A stretch of 64,000 bases of DNA from Bdellovibrionota bacterium (GTDB taxonomy: Bacteria; Bdellovibrionota_C; UBA2361; JBIKUX01). Positions 40,680 through 50,366 of the stretch are shown here, piece after piece. A model generated the notes under the pieces. That model made no database searches. It saw only the letters and a list, made by a program, of their open reading frames with translations, and had not been told where the DNA came from. Position 1 is the stretch's first letter; the number at the start of each line of letters is the position of its first letter. Both the position numbers and the translations under genes were made by a program. Location of the stretch: NCBI GenBank assembly GCA_044347345.1, contig JBIKUX010000002.1:32001-96000 (forward strand), written 5' to 3'.

Positions 40680-41978
40680 GTGACGAACGCAGTTATCAAT
40701 CATCTCCGTCGTCGAGCACCACTCTTAAAGGCGATTGAGGATGCTAAGCATCCTCAATCTCTAGTGCAATCACTTCCATCGCAAGCTATCTACTTCGCCT
40801 TAAAACAAGAGGGTCTTTCCTCCTGTGTTGATCTAATCAATATGGCGAGTGCCCAGCAGATTCGTCTTATTCTCGATTTGGATCTCTGGGAAAGAGACCA
40901 ACTAAACGAAGAAGCGTTTTGGGAATGGCTCTCACTTCCAGATGCAGATGACTCTTTGGATATATTAGAGAAAATTTTACACAATTGTGATCTTAAATTG
41001 GTAGGAATACTTATAAATAGATATGTGGAAGCAACTGTTTGTGAAGAGCCTACAGATGAGCCACCTGGAGCTCGGTTTGTTACTCCAGATAAGGGATATT
41101 CTTGGATAAGAGTCAACATTGAAAATGAATTACACAGCTTTCTCCTATCACGCTTTTTAGCTTTTATTTTCTCAAAATCTCCAGAAATTTATTATCAGAT
41201 ACTTGCCATCCCTGGAGTAGCAACAGCCTCGGTTTTGGAAGAAGAAGCCTTTCAAGAAAGAAATGGAAGATTGTTGGGTGAAGGCTTTCCAAGTGCTGAT
41301 TATTGTGCTGAGCTTCACGCTCCTATATCTCTAAGTGCCGTTCATCAATACCTAATTAACGAAAAGTCCAAGACTTACATAGACGCTAAAATGTTTGGAA
41401 TGGAGCCTCTGCTTCACAGTTCTACAGATTTCCCACCTCTTATTGATTCAATATTATCTCACCTGCCAGATACAACTAAATTTGAAGCTGAGTTAACACT
41501 AATAATGAATTCCGCTATTCTTTTTTATTCAGTATCATTTTATCATCTGGAACAAGTAGAAAGACTTTTTGCCAAGGTCATTGGAGCAATTGAAATAGGA
41601 CTAGAATCTATTCTTTCATCAGAAGAATTATCAAATAATAGTGGTACCGCTATTGAAATATATGAAAGACTTGGTCTTCAAATGCTTTATCGTCATGGTC
41701 TGGATTTATTAGCAAAACTCCAACGACTTGCTCGCAGCACCTCAAAAAAACTACAGGATAAATTAGATCTAGAGGATCCTCTATTCAGTCTTTATCTTGA
41801 GGGAGCGATGATTCGTTTTCCAGAAATTCCTGAAGAACTTCCCTCATCATTTCAAGAGAAGGGCAAAGAGAAAAAGTCAGAAAAAAATTATCTCTCCTCT
41901 AAGCTACTTCCTATTCAGTCGAAGCAAAATCTTGATATAGCTATTCAGGTCATTGAAAAGTTGCTAAATAATAGTTGA
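40680..41978 (+). CDS. DUF6178-like conserved protein
   Basis: LVQSLP..IYF, ILDLDLWERD, LEEEAFQERNGRLLGEGF resemble this deltaproteobacterial family (recalled, not searched). Confidence 0.65.
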   Translation: MTNAVINHLRRRAPLLKAIEDAKHPQSLVQSLPSQAIYFALKQEGLSSCVDLINMASAQQIRLILDLDLWERDQLNEEAFWEWLSLPDADDSLDILEKILHNCDLKLVGILINRYVEATVCEEPTDEPPGARFVTPDKGYSWIRVNIENELHSFLLSRFLAFIFSKSPEIYYQILAIPGVATASVLEEEAFQERNGRLLGEGFPSADYCAELHAPISLSAVHQYLINEKSKTYIDAKMFGMEPLLHSSTDFPPLIDSILSHLPDTTKFEAELTLIMNSAILFYSVSFYHLEQVERLFAKVIGAIEIGLESILSSEELSNNSGTAIEIYERLGLQMLYRHGLDLLAKLQRLARSTSKKLQDKLDLEDPLFSLYLEGAMIRFPEIPEELPSSFQEKGKEKKSEKNYLSSKLLPIQSKQNLDIAIQVIEKLLNNS

Positions 41979-41986
41979 TTCAATAA

Positions 41987-42553
41987 CTACTTCTTTTTAT
42001 CCGCAGATTTTTTATCATCTCCTTCTATTGCTTGCCCAGCGGCATCACTCGTGCCATCTGAAACAATCTGAGCTTTCTCCTCTATGCATTGTATGGGGTC
42101 AGAGTCACCGATATGACATTCAATTTCACGAGCAGTGCAAAGGTCTGAAACTTGCTTTTCAATAAGTCTTCTAACGGTAAAACTCATTGTGTGTAGACGG
42201 TTTGTATGTGACCCAAGCTGACCAGCTATGCAGCGCGGTGTGTTTTGATAGATTTTTTTACACTCTTGCAAGGCTTTTAACTGCTCTTTTTTTATTTTTT
42301 GATCTAGTTCAAGCTTAGCATTCTCTGTGGTTTTTTCTGTTTGGGAAAAACTACCCCAAAAAATAGTTTCTTTAGTTTCTTTACCATCAATTTTTTTAAC
42401 TATTTTATAACTGACATCAGCTCTGCACTTTGTGTCTGCCTCTACAATGCCAAAGTTAACAGGAGTTAAAAAAATAAATGAAACTACCCTAACTAAAGAT
42501 GAATAACTAAACATTGGTATCGTCAAAAATGAACATATAGGCGATTTTGCCAT
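41987..42553 (-). CDS. Hypothetical exported Cys-containing protein
   Basis: Hydrophobic leader, six Cys in the mature part, charged tail. Confidence 0.6.
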   Translation of the reverse strand: MAKSPICSFLTIPMFSYSSLVRVVSFIFLTPVNFGIVEADTKCRADVSYKIVKKIDGKETKETIFWGSFSQTEKTTENAKLELDQKIKKEQLKALQECKKIYQNTPRCIAGQLGSHTNRLHTMSFTVRRLIEKQVSDLCTAREIECHIGDSDPIQCIEEKAQIVSDGTSDAAGQAIEGDDKKSADKKK

Positions 42554-42569
42554 TTACACTATCTTTCTG

Positions 42570-42929
42570 ATGACTATGAACGATACACCGAACAGTAATT
42601 TTGGTCTTATTGATGGAGATACAGTGGGTCTTTTTGGATTACCCAATGAAACAGGTAGTCCAGAACGGCGACTTTTGCTTGCTATTCTTGAGCGAGCGAT
42701 TTTAGATTTTGTTGGCAATGACGAAAAAGAGCGTGAAATAGCTCAAATTTGGCTATTTGAAGATTATTCAAATAACAGCGACGTCGAAGTACCAATCACT
42801 GTCTCAGAAATATGCGAAGCCTTAGATTTAGATTGTACTAAGGTTCGTAATCGAGTAAGAAAAATGCCAAGACGTGGGGATAAGAAAGTTGCTCCATGGT
42901 ACTTTGAGCGCCACATAAAAGCCGCTTAA
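42570..42929 (+). CDS. Conserved hypothetical protein
   Basis: PERRLLLAILERAILD..WLF..ICEALDLD pattern typical of a small conserved uncharacterised family. Confidence 0.7.
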   Translation: MTMNDTPNSNFGLIDGDTVGLFGLPNETGSPERRLLLAILERAILDFVGNDEKEREIAQIWLFEDYSNNSDVEVPITVSEICEALDLDCTKVRNRVRKMPRRGDKKVAPWYFERHIKAA

Positions 42930-43011
42930 AAACAAGCTTTCTTCACTATAAAGGGTAATAAAATACCCTTTATATGTTCTTTTGCAAAAAGTCATAAAAA
43001 TGCTTTTCAAG

Positions 43012-43731
43012 TTAGCCAGCAACGGCATGAAATCCAGCTCTATGATGTAAATGTGTTCTAGAAGTAATAGCTTCGCTCTTTGAGCCGTACCCTCTTCGCC
43101 TTACAATTTCTTTCGATACAAGATGAGCAAAACTAAGTCTTCGAGCCAGAAGGCGCAAGGTAATCAACCCCAAGATCAAAAGTAAGGTAAAAATAAGCGA
43201 AATAATTGTTTCTAATGAGCCTATTTCAATAAAACCTATTAAAGCAAGCACCACTATCACTCCCAATGGACCACTAGCGACCATAATGAGACGAGAAAGC
43301 ACACGCCACCAGACAATTTTAATAAAAAGATGGTCATCACTCACCTGAGGTGATAGCAAATCCTCTAAATATGATTCTAAACACTCGGTAGATACAACGC
43401 TCACCGCAATTTGAAATTCACTACTTATCCAATATTCGTGAGCTCGACTTACTTCACGATTACTACTGAGATTACAATTAGAAACTTTAAACAATGTAGC
43501 TAATAAACTATTAACTCTCTCAAACCAAACATAAGCAGAAACACCGAAAGAAGCGGGTAAAAATACCTGTAAAATAAGAGAAAAAGGGGCGCGAGACTCA
43601 CAGTGGAGCAACGCACCCCCGATAACAGCATAAGTCCCAAGTATGGATCGTCTAGTAAACTCCTCTGTTCTCACAACTAATTGAGAGGTTTTAACAATTG
43701 AAATTTCACCTGTTTTTTTATCTTGTTTCAC
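43012..43731 (-). CDS. Hypothetical membrane protein
   Basis: 239-aa ORF with two C-terminal TM helices. Confidence 0.55.
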   Translation of the reverse strand: MKQDKKTGEISIVKTSQLVVRTEEFTRRSILGTYAVIGGALLHCESRAPFSLILQVFLPASFGVSAYVWFERVNSLLATLFKVSNCNLSSNREVSRAHEYWISSEFQIAVSVVSTECLESYLEDLLSPQVSDDHLFIKIVWWRVLSRLIMVASGPLGVIVVLALIGFIEIGSLETIISLIFTLLLILGLITLRLLARRLSFAHLVSKEIVRRRGYGSKSEAITSRTHLHHRAGFHAVAG

Positions 43732-43801
43732 ACAAGTATTTTTTGTTTCAAACTTTTATTACTAGGAATTTACTGATGTAAACTTGCAGACCTACTTTAC
43801 T

Positions 43802-45178
43802 CTAAAGGCCGGGTCTAATCATAGCAAATAAGTCAAGTACCTTATCCAATTCTTCAGAGGAAAGAAGTCCCATCTTTTTGGCCGCTTCCCGAACAGATAA
43901 ATTCTCCTGAGTTGCTAATTTAGAAACTTGAGCTGCCCGATCATAACCAATGTGCGGAACTAAAGAAGTACAAATAGAGAGACTATTCTGAGCATACTCT
44001 AGACACTGCTTTAAATCAGCCTCAAGTCCTTCTAAACACTTATGTGTAAAATTTTTGGCAGATGCGCTTAAAAGCTCAATAGACTCCAGAAGATTACGTG
44101 CAATTACCGGAAGCATCACGTTTAGCTCAAAATTGCCATGTTGACCAGCTACCATAATACAAGCATCATTTCCCATTACTTGAGCACAGACCATAAGTAG
44201 CGATTCTGCAATAACGGGATTTACTTTAGCCGGCATAATACTTGAGCCCGGCTGAACAGCTGGAATTTTCAGCTCTCCAAAACCACATCGGGGACCACTA
44301 GACATCCACCTAATATCATTGGCTATTTTCATCAATGCACAAGCTAGTGCTCTAAGAGTACCGCTTAGAGCTACTGCACCCTCTTGACCACCCTGCAATG
44401 CAAAGTGATTTTCTGTACGTCGAAACTGAACTCCCGTTATCCGACTTAGATTCTCAATTGCTAAATCAGCGAACGCAGGATGCGTATTGATTCCAGTGCC
44501 TACAGCAGTTCCCCCAAGAGTTAAAGAGCATAGCTCTTCAACAGCTGCTTCAATACGCTTTCTGGCAAGAGAGACTTGAAAAGCATAACCACCAAATTCC
44601 TGCCCGAGCGTAACTGGTGTTGCATCTTGAAGATGAGTTCGACCGCTTTTGATTACTTCACTAAACTGATGAGCCTTATCAAGTAAAACTCTCTCCATCT
44701 CTTCTAAAGCAGGCATCAGAGCTGATTTTACTCTCATTACTGAAGCTATACTTATCGCTGTTGGTATAACATCATTTGACGATTGACACATGTTTACATG
44801 GTCGTTTGGATGAATTCTTGTTGTTCCATCAGAAAGAAATGTGTTAGCTCGGTTAGCAATAACCTCATTTGCATTCATATTTGTGGAAGTACCCGAACCA
44901 GTTTGAAATACATCAACCACAAATTGTTCAAAAAATTTACCTTCCCAAATTTCAAAAGCTGCTTTCCTCACAGCGTCACCAATTTGATTATCAATAAGCC
45001 TTAAGGATAGGTTAGCTTCGACGGCAGCGACTTTGATTGCTCCCAATACTTTTATAAACCATTTAGGTAAACCGTTTCCACTTATAGGAAAATTTAGTAC
45101 TGCTCGCTGAGTTGAAGCTCCGTAAAGAGCATCATCAGGAACTTGCATCTCACCCATTGAATCCTTTTCTTTTCGCAT
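43802..45178 (-). CDS. fumC: Class II fumarate hydratase
   Basis: EKDSMG, QTGSGTSTNMNANEVI, GRTHLQDATP, GSSIMPAKVNP. Confidence 0.96.
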   Translation of the reverse strand: MRKEKDSMGEMQVPDDALYGASTQRAVLNFPISGNGLPKWFIKVLGAIKVAAVEANLSLRLIDNQIGDAVRKAAFEIWEGKFFEQFVVDVFQTGSGTSTNMNANEVIANRANTFLSDGTTRIHPNDHVNMCQSSNDVIPTAISIASVMRVKSALMPALEEMERVLLDKAHQFSEVIKSGRTHLQDATPVTLGQEFGGYAFQVSLARKRIEAAVEELCSLTLGGTAVGTGINTHPAFADLAIENLSRITGVQFRRTENHFALQGGQEGAVALSGTLRALACALMKIANDIRWMSSGPRCGFGELKIPAVQPGSSIMPAKVNPVIAESLLMVCAQVMGNDACIMVAGQHGNFELNVMLPVIARNLLESIELLSASAKNFTHKCLEGLEADLKQCLEYAQNSLSICTSLVPHIGYDRAAQVSKLATQENLSVREAAKKMGLLSSEELDKVLDLFAMIRPGL

Positions 45179-45294
45179 ATTTATAGTTCCTTAATAGTAT
45201 TCTGGTCTGTTACTAACTTTTCAATCATCCTAACTGGGTAACACCTGACAAAGCTAGAATATCTAAAAGCTGAAAATTTTTTAAAAGAATCAGC

Positions 45295-46125
45295 ATGGCA
45301 CCAACTAAATTACCAGTAAAACCCGCTACTCAGGCTCTGAGTTTCACTATCCCCACCAACCCCACAGCATTAATACAATGCACAAATATAGTTCAGGAAC
45401 CAAATTTTAGAGTAAATCAGCTAGCTTTAGCTATTAGAGAAGATCCTGCTATTGTTCTTGACCTTTTTCATCAAGCTAATTCAGTTGATTTAGGTGCGGG
45501 GCGACAACCATTGTTTTCCATCGACGCCGCAATCACACGATTAGGCGATGAGTTAATGTATAAACTATTAAAGAATTTAAAAACTACAGAAGATTCCACT
45601 CCACCAGAATTAATCCCATGGATTGAAATTAATAGAGAGAGGGGGCGCAAAATTGCCCATGTCTCAGCTATCCTTGCTGATATTTGCAATAGGACAGCTA
45701 CAAATGAAGCATATTTAGCAGGTCTTTTCTGTTGTGTAGGAGAAATACTGGCTGTTTTACACTTAGGTGCAGAATACGTTCAGGTAGCAAGTGGAATTAG
45801 TAACGCCGCTCTGCAGTATAAGCTAGTTCAAGATTTCAAGTTTGATACTCATGCAATAGGGGTACAATATTTACATCGAAGAGGTATCCCCGCTTCTTTA
45901 ATTATCCGCGATGAAAGCGAAACAGCATCTCGAGATCGTCGTCGCAGCACCATTAAAGTTTTAATTCATGCCGCCGAAGAATTTGTCGAAGCGGCCGAAC
46001 GAGGCCGTTTAGGCTCTTATGCTCCAGGAAAAAACCTTCCCTCTCAAAGTAAGCTCAGAGTGCTCCAACTTCAAGGAAACCAATACGAAAATATTTTTGC
46101 ACAAGTAAAAGCGACATTACAATGA
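45295..46125 (+). CDS. HDOD-domain protein
   Basis: LALAIREDP..ANS, SIDAAITRLG, EAYLAGLFCCVGE, HAIG. Confidence 0.8.
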   Translation: MAPTKLPVKPATQALSFTIPTNPTALIQCTNIVQEPNFRVNQLALAIREDPAIVLDLFHQANSVDLGAGRQPLFSIDAAITRLGDELMYKLLKNLKTTEDSTPPELIPWIEINRERGRKIAHVSAILADICNRTATNEAYLAGLFCCVGEILAVLHLGAEYVQVASGISNAALQYKLVQDFKFDTHAIGVQYLHRRGIPASLIIRDESETASRDRRRSTIKVLIHAAEEFVEAAERGRLGSYAPGKNLPSQSKLRVLQLQGNQYENIFAQVKATLQ

Positions 46126-46272
46126 GTTACACCCTACCGATAAAATAGATTTATTTTTTTAGATAAAAAACTTCACAAATAGTGACGCTTTCTCAAGAAG
46201 TTACTCTACTCTGTCGACTTTTCCTAAGAAAAGTAACTAGCCTTTTCTCTAACAAAACTAACAAGGGCGTAA

Positions 46273-48063
46273 ATGAACGAAGAAGACAAGTCAAAACAGT
46301 CCTTAGCATTTAATCGACTTGATCACGCTCAGACAGTTCAATTACCACTCGACCAAATAGTACTTAGTGAAGCTAATAAGCTAATATCGGAAGATAAGGG
46401 AAAAACTGACCAATTTTACCTATGTGCATCTCAAGATCCGGTACTTATTTTAGAATTATTTAACAAAGCAAAAGAATCTTCTAAAGCCGGAGAAAAGACT
46501 TTCTTCTCATCTATTGGTGCAGTTATGAGCCGAATAGGAGAGAATGAAGCTCTTCAATTTTTAAACCAATTAAACTCCCGCAATGCCAATACAATAAAAT
46601 GGGTAGAAATACACAGGAGCAAAGGAAAACGCAGTGGCTTAATTGCTCGTATGATAGCGCAAATTACGGCAAAAAATCTTGCTGACGAGGCTCAACTGAG
46701 TGCACTACTACACTGTATTGGAGAAATGCTTGCTGCATCCGTACTAGAGTCTGAGTACGCAGAACTTGCTGAACTTACCACTCGAGCCGGTGTTCTACAT
46801 TCATTAGTAAATGATTTTAATTTTGACGTAAATCAAATCGAGCGCTTCTACTTAAGCAAACGAGGTATTCCATCAAGTCTTATAGTCGCCATCCGCCCTG
46901 CTCCCGGAGCTCCAGAAACAGAGCCACTTAAAACAATTCGTTCAATCGTAATGTCAGCAAAGGAAATGGTAGAACGTTTTGATGAAGGGACGTGGGACAA
47001 AATAGCTCCTGGAGAAAAACTACCCATGCGGAGCGCACTTCAAAATTTATCTTTTACTAACTCTGCGAATTATACAAAGTTATATGAACGAGCTTCCGAG
47101 TATCTAACAAAAATAAAATTTATTGAATCTCAAAGGCGCGAGAAAACCCAAGCTCACCAATCTTATCCTGAAGTAGCTCAAGATACATCAAATGATGATA
47201 ATGTTATTTCCAGCGAAATAATCACCACAGTAACTAATACTACCCCTACTTATAAAGCATCTAGAACTCCTTTAAAACAAGTTCTTAAAGAAACGCCTTT
47301 AGAGAATTCTATTGAAGATGAACCTCAAAAGTTACAATCAGTTCAAGAAGAAAACACTGAATCAAATAACTTAAAAGAAAAAGATAGCGATAGAAAAAAC
47401 ACGAATCTTCTGCCAGAGAAAGCAGTATTTGAACAAAACGTAAAACACTCGCCCAAAAAGAGAAAATCTGAAAAATTCATCGATCAATCAGGCAAAAATA
47501 GAACTAAAAAAAGGCCTTTACATTCAGACGATTCTGAATCGTCTGATAGTGATGTCAAACTAACTTCCCCAACTCCTTTAATTGCCTTAAAGGGTACAAA
47601 AAAAATTCTTACTTCCATGAATAGAGCTATGTCATCTGCCAAAAACAGCGAAGAGCTACTATCAAACCTTCTATCAACTCTGATTGATGACGGTCCTTTT
47701 GAGAAAACAGCTATAATTGTTATTTCAGAGGATCGTAAAAACGCCACCGTTGTAGCAGCTCGTGGCCCAAATATTGGTAACGGACAGCGACTTTCTCTTG
47801 ACGATCCACTTTCTCCACTCGCTCAATCTATATCTAAAATTCAAAGCTTTGGCAGAAAAGAAAGTTCAGTATCGCCATTTGGCAGTAAAGCATTTGCAGT
47901 AGCTCCGCTTGATACTCACCACCATACTCCAGTTGCCCTTTACGCTGATTGTGGCAGTGATAACGCAATTACCTTTGAAGCACGACGCATTTTTAGATCA
48001 GTAGTAGATATGGTGAACGAGAAGATACGAGATCTTCCTGGAGGAATTCCTTACGAAATTTGA
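46273..48063 (+). CDS. HDOD-domain protein with charged linker and C-terminal GAF-like domain
   Basis: QDPVLILELF, DEAQLSALLHCIGE, low-complexity linker, C-terminal FAVAPL..VALYAD. Confidence 0.72.
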   Translation: MNEEDKSKQSLAFNRLDHAQTVQLPLDQIVLSEANKLISEDKGKTDQFYLCASQDPVLILELFNKAKESSKAGEKTFFSSIGAVMSRIGENEALQFLNQLNSRNANTIKWVEIHRSKGKRSGLIARMIAQITAKNLADEAQLSALLHCIGEMLAASVLESEYAELAELTTRAGVLHSLVNDFNFDVNQIERFYLSKRGIPSSLIVAIRPAPGAPETEPLKTIRSIVMSAKEMVERFDEGTWDKIAPGEKLPMRSALQNLSFTNSANYTKLYERASEYLTKIKFIESQRREKTQAHQSYPEVAQDTSNDDNVISSEIITTVTNTTPTYKASRTPLKQVLKETPLENSIEDEPQKLQSVQEENTESNNLKEKDSDRKNTNLLPEKAVFEQNVKHSPKKRKSEKFIDQSGKNRTKKRPLHSDDSESSDSDVKLTSPTPLIALKGTKKILTSMNRAMSSAKNSEELLSNLLSTLIDDGPFEKTAIIVISEDRKNATVVAARGPNIGNGQRLSLDDPLSPLAQSISKIQSFGRKESSVSPFGSKAFAVAPLDTHHHTPVALYADCGSDNAITFEARRIFRSVVDMVNEKIRDLPGGIPYEI

Positions 48064-48088
48064 TATCTATGGTCAAATACTACGCGCT

Positions 48089-48122
48089 ATTTTTCAAACA
48101 CTTTTATCATTTTTCAAACACT
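48089..48122. repeat. 14-bp direct repeat, 20-bp period, upstream of skp
   Basis: ATTTTTCAAACACT at 48089-48102 and 48109-48122. Confidence 0.8.
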
Positions 48123-48290
48123 GTCCTAAGCCTTATTTAAATTACATAACAGCTCAAGCACTGTGAGATAGGCTAAATTATTGCCCTAATGCGTAGTAAT
48201 ACTTTAATCTCAGAGTATTCTACTTTATTTGATAATCTATTTAAGTAAGGTGAGCTTGAAAATTAAATATCAATTCTTGGGAATCGTTAT

Positions 48291-48878
48291 ATGTCGCAGT
48301 TAATCCTCCCTGTTTATAAATTTTTCACCGGTATTATCAAGAATGAGTCGTTTCAATATGTTGCTTATTTGACTCAAAGCAAAGTTCTCTTAACTGTACT
48401 CTGTTGTCTAACAACAGGCCTGATTACATTACCCAATGAAGCTAAGTCTCAAGTTAGAATAGCTACAGTCGATATGTCGCGTATTTTAAATGAATCTAGT
48501 GAAGCTAAAACTCGAAGAAAAGAGCTAGATTCTTTAAGTTCTACAGCTCGAAAAAAAATTGACTCAAAAAAGAATGAACTTAAAGCACTTGAAGGCTCAC
48601 TTCAAAAAGAAAGAAATGAAGAAATAGAGCGTCAATATAGAGAGGAAGCTCGTGAGCTTTCAAGACTAGTTAAAGATGAAGAGGATGAACTGCGTGCTAA
48701 GTTTGTCTCAGCTAACAGAGAACTAACGCAGAAAGCCCTCAGTCTTGTTCGTAACTATGCGACCAAAGAGGGAGTAGATCTGGTACTCGACAAAAGCTCT
48801 GTTGATAGGGGCACTGTACTATTTAGTCTTGAAAAGGTCGATATAACCGAAGCAATATTACAACAACTTGATAATTAG
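48291..48878 (+). CDS. skp: OmpH/Skp periplasmic chaperone
   Basis: Signal peptide, IATVDMSRILNES, coiled coil, DLVLDK, DITEAIL. Confidence 0.88.
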   Translation: MSQLILPVYKFFTGIIKNESFQYVAYLTQSKVLLTVLCCLTTGLITLPNEAKSQVRIATVDMSRILNESSEAKTRRKELDSLSSTARKKIDSKKNELKALEGSLQKERNEEIERQYREEARELSRLVKDEEDELRAKFVSANRELTQKALSLVRNYATKEGVDLVLDKSSVDRGTVLFSLEKVDITEAILQQLDN

Positions 48879-48910
48879 AATTTAAATCAATTTAGCCGGA
48901 ATAACCTGTA

Positions 48911-49789
48911 GTGGCTGACGACAATAACTACAACATTGCTTCCTCCATCGATGAGAATATGTTATGTGCTTTCAAAGGTGACAGAGGTGCTGCTGTAAAT
49001 TTCTTTATTCAATTACTCAACCATGAATTAACAGTGCCAGAGCGCTATTCAAACTCTAAGTACTGTGACGCAGTAACCTATCCACACATTTTTCTCAACA
49101 TCTTTGCTTTTCAAGATGAAGAGGGTCGAACCTGTATTCCAGCCTTTACAAATCCTGCTCATGCCAAGAGCTTCAATCCTCAAGCTGTGCAAGATAACAC
49201 CGCAATCAGCGAGCCACTTAGATGCAGAAAAGTGTCTGGAAGCGAATTATTCAAACTTACCCCAGATGATTGGTGGATAATACTTAACCCAAACCAAGAG
49301 GTGGCAAAAGAGTTATCTCCTTGGGAGCTTTCACTTCTAAAAAAAGGGGAAGAGTCAATTCCTGAAATTATTGAGGAAGTATTCTCCCAAGATACACCGA
49401 CTCCAATAAAAATATCAGCCTCAACAGATGATGAGTTCAGATCACTTCGCAGTTTTCTTATTGAGCACTGCAAATCAGACAACCGCATTACAAAATTATA
49501 CCTTTCAAAGGAGATCCCGTACAACGAATCTGCCACTATTCCGCTGATAGGTATCCTAGTTGACCCCCTTTATATCGCTGATCAAGACGCCATATTGGAA
49601 AATATAAGAGGAGTAGCAAATCTTGAGCAAGTAGGCACCGCAAAGCCCAGATTATTTATTGGTAGTGAGGATGCTCCAGGAATAATGTTGCGCTTGTTCT
49701 TAGATGCTCCACCCTTCTACATAAATCAAAAACCAATCGAACCCGTTAGCAAATGGGGACTTCCCTTTTTTCGACGAGCTTTTCGATAA
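48911..49789 (+). CDS. SseB-family protein
   Basis: FFIQLLNHELTVP, IPAFT, IILNP..KELSPWE and an SseB_C-like second domain. Confidence 0.65.
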   Translation: MADDNNYNIASSIDENMLCAFKGDRGAAVNFFIQLLNHELTVPERYSNSKYCDAVTYPHIFLNIFAFQDEEGRTCIPAFTNPAHAKSFNPQAVQDNTAISEPLRCRKVSGSELFKLTPDDWWIILNPNQEVAKELSPWELSLLKKGEESIPEIIEEVFSQDTPTPIKISASTDDEFRSLRSFLIEHCKSDNRITKLYLSKEIPYNESATIPLIGILVDPLYIADQDAILENIRGVANLEQVGTAKPRLFIGSEDAPGIMLRLFLDAPPFYINQKPIEPVSKWGLPFFRRAFR

Positions 49790-49894
49790 TTAAGGAAACG
49801 TCAATTTAATACTCCAGACAATTCTTTTCCTCAATTTCACAATCCAACGACAAAAGCTTACAACCAAATTTGTTAGTGCCAGCTATATTGCAAA

Positions 49895-49910
49895 AGGTAT
49901 ATTTATTGCA
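49895..49910 (+). promoter_or_regulatory. Putative sigma-54 (-24/-12) promoter
   Basis: AGGTATATTTATTGCA: GG-N10-GC spacing with TTGCA at -12, about 110 bp upstream of ORF 50021. Confidence 0.45.
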
Positions 49911-50020
49911 TCGGACCCTCAGCTAATCCAGAGAGATACCTCCCGGACATAAATAGTTTCCGGCCTCAAGAGATCTACAAAGTATGCCGTCCAAACCTTA
50001 AATACCAAGGAAGGAGAGAT

Positions 50021-50308
50021 ATGCGAATAATCACTTCAGAAAGTGACGAATACTCTAAACTGCTACAATCTTTAAATAATTCTATTGTAATCGGTACTTA
50101 TACGAAAGAAGAATGCCTTCGTACGGTAAGCATCAAACGACACTTGATAATGATCCAATTAGAGGAAGATCCAACTAAAATTGCTGTACATGAAGCCCCT
50201 AGCCCATTTGCTGCTGAGCGACTTGCTACACAAGTTCTACAAAAACATCAATTACAGGGGGCAGAGGTAAGATTTACCGCCAACAGAGAAAATTTTGATA
50301 AATTTTAA
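50021..50308 (+). CDS. Hypothetical protein
   Basis: 95 aa, strong RBS AAGGAAGGAG. Confidence 0.7.
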   Translation: MRIITSESDEYSKLLQSLNNSIVIGTYTKEECLRTVSIKRHLIMIQLEEDPTKIAVHEAPSPFAAERLATQVLQKHQLQGAEVRFTANRENFDKF

Positions 50309-50366
50309 TCTGTAAGAGTAAAGATATTTTTTCCTTATTGACCTTATATGCTATACTTTTGGTGTT

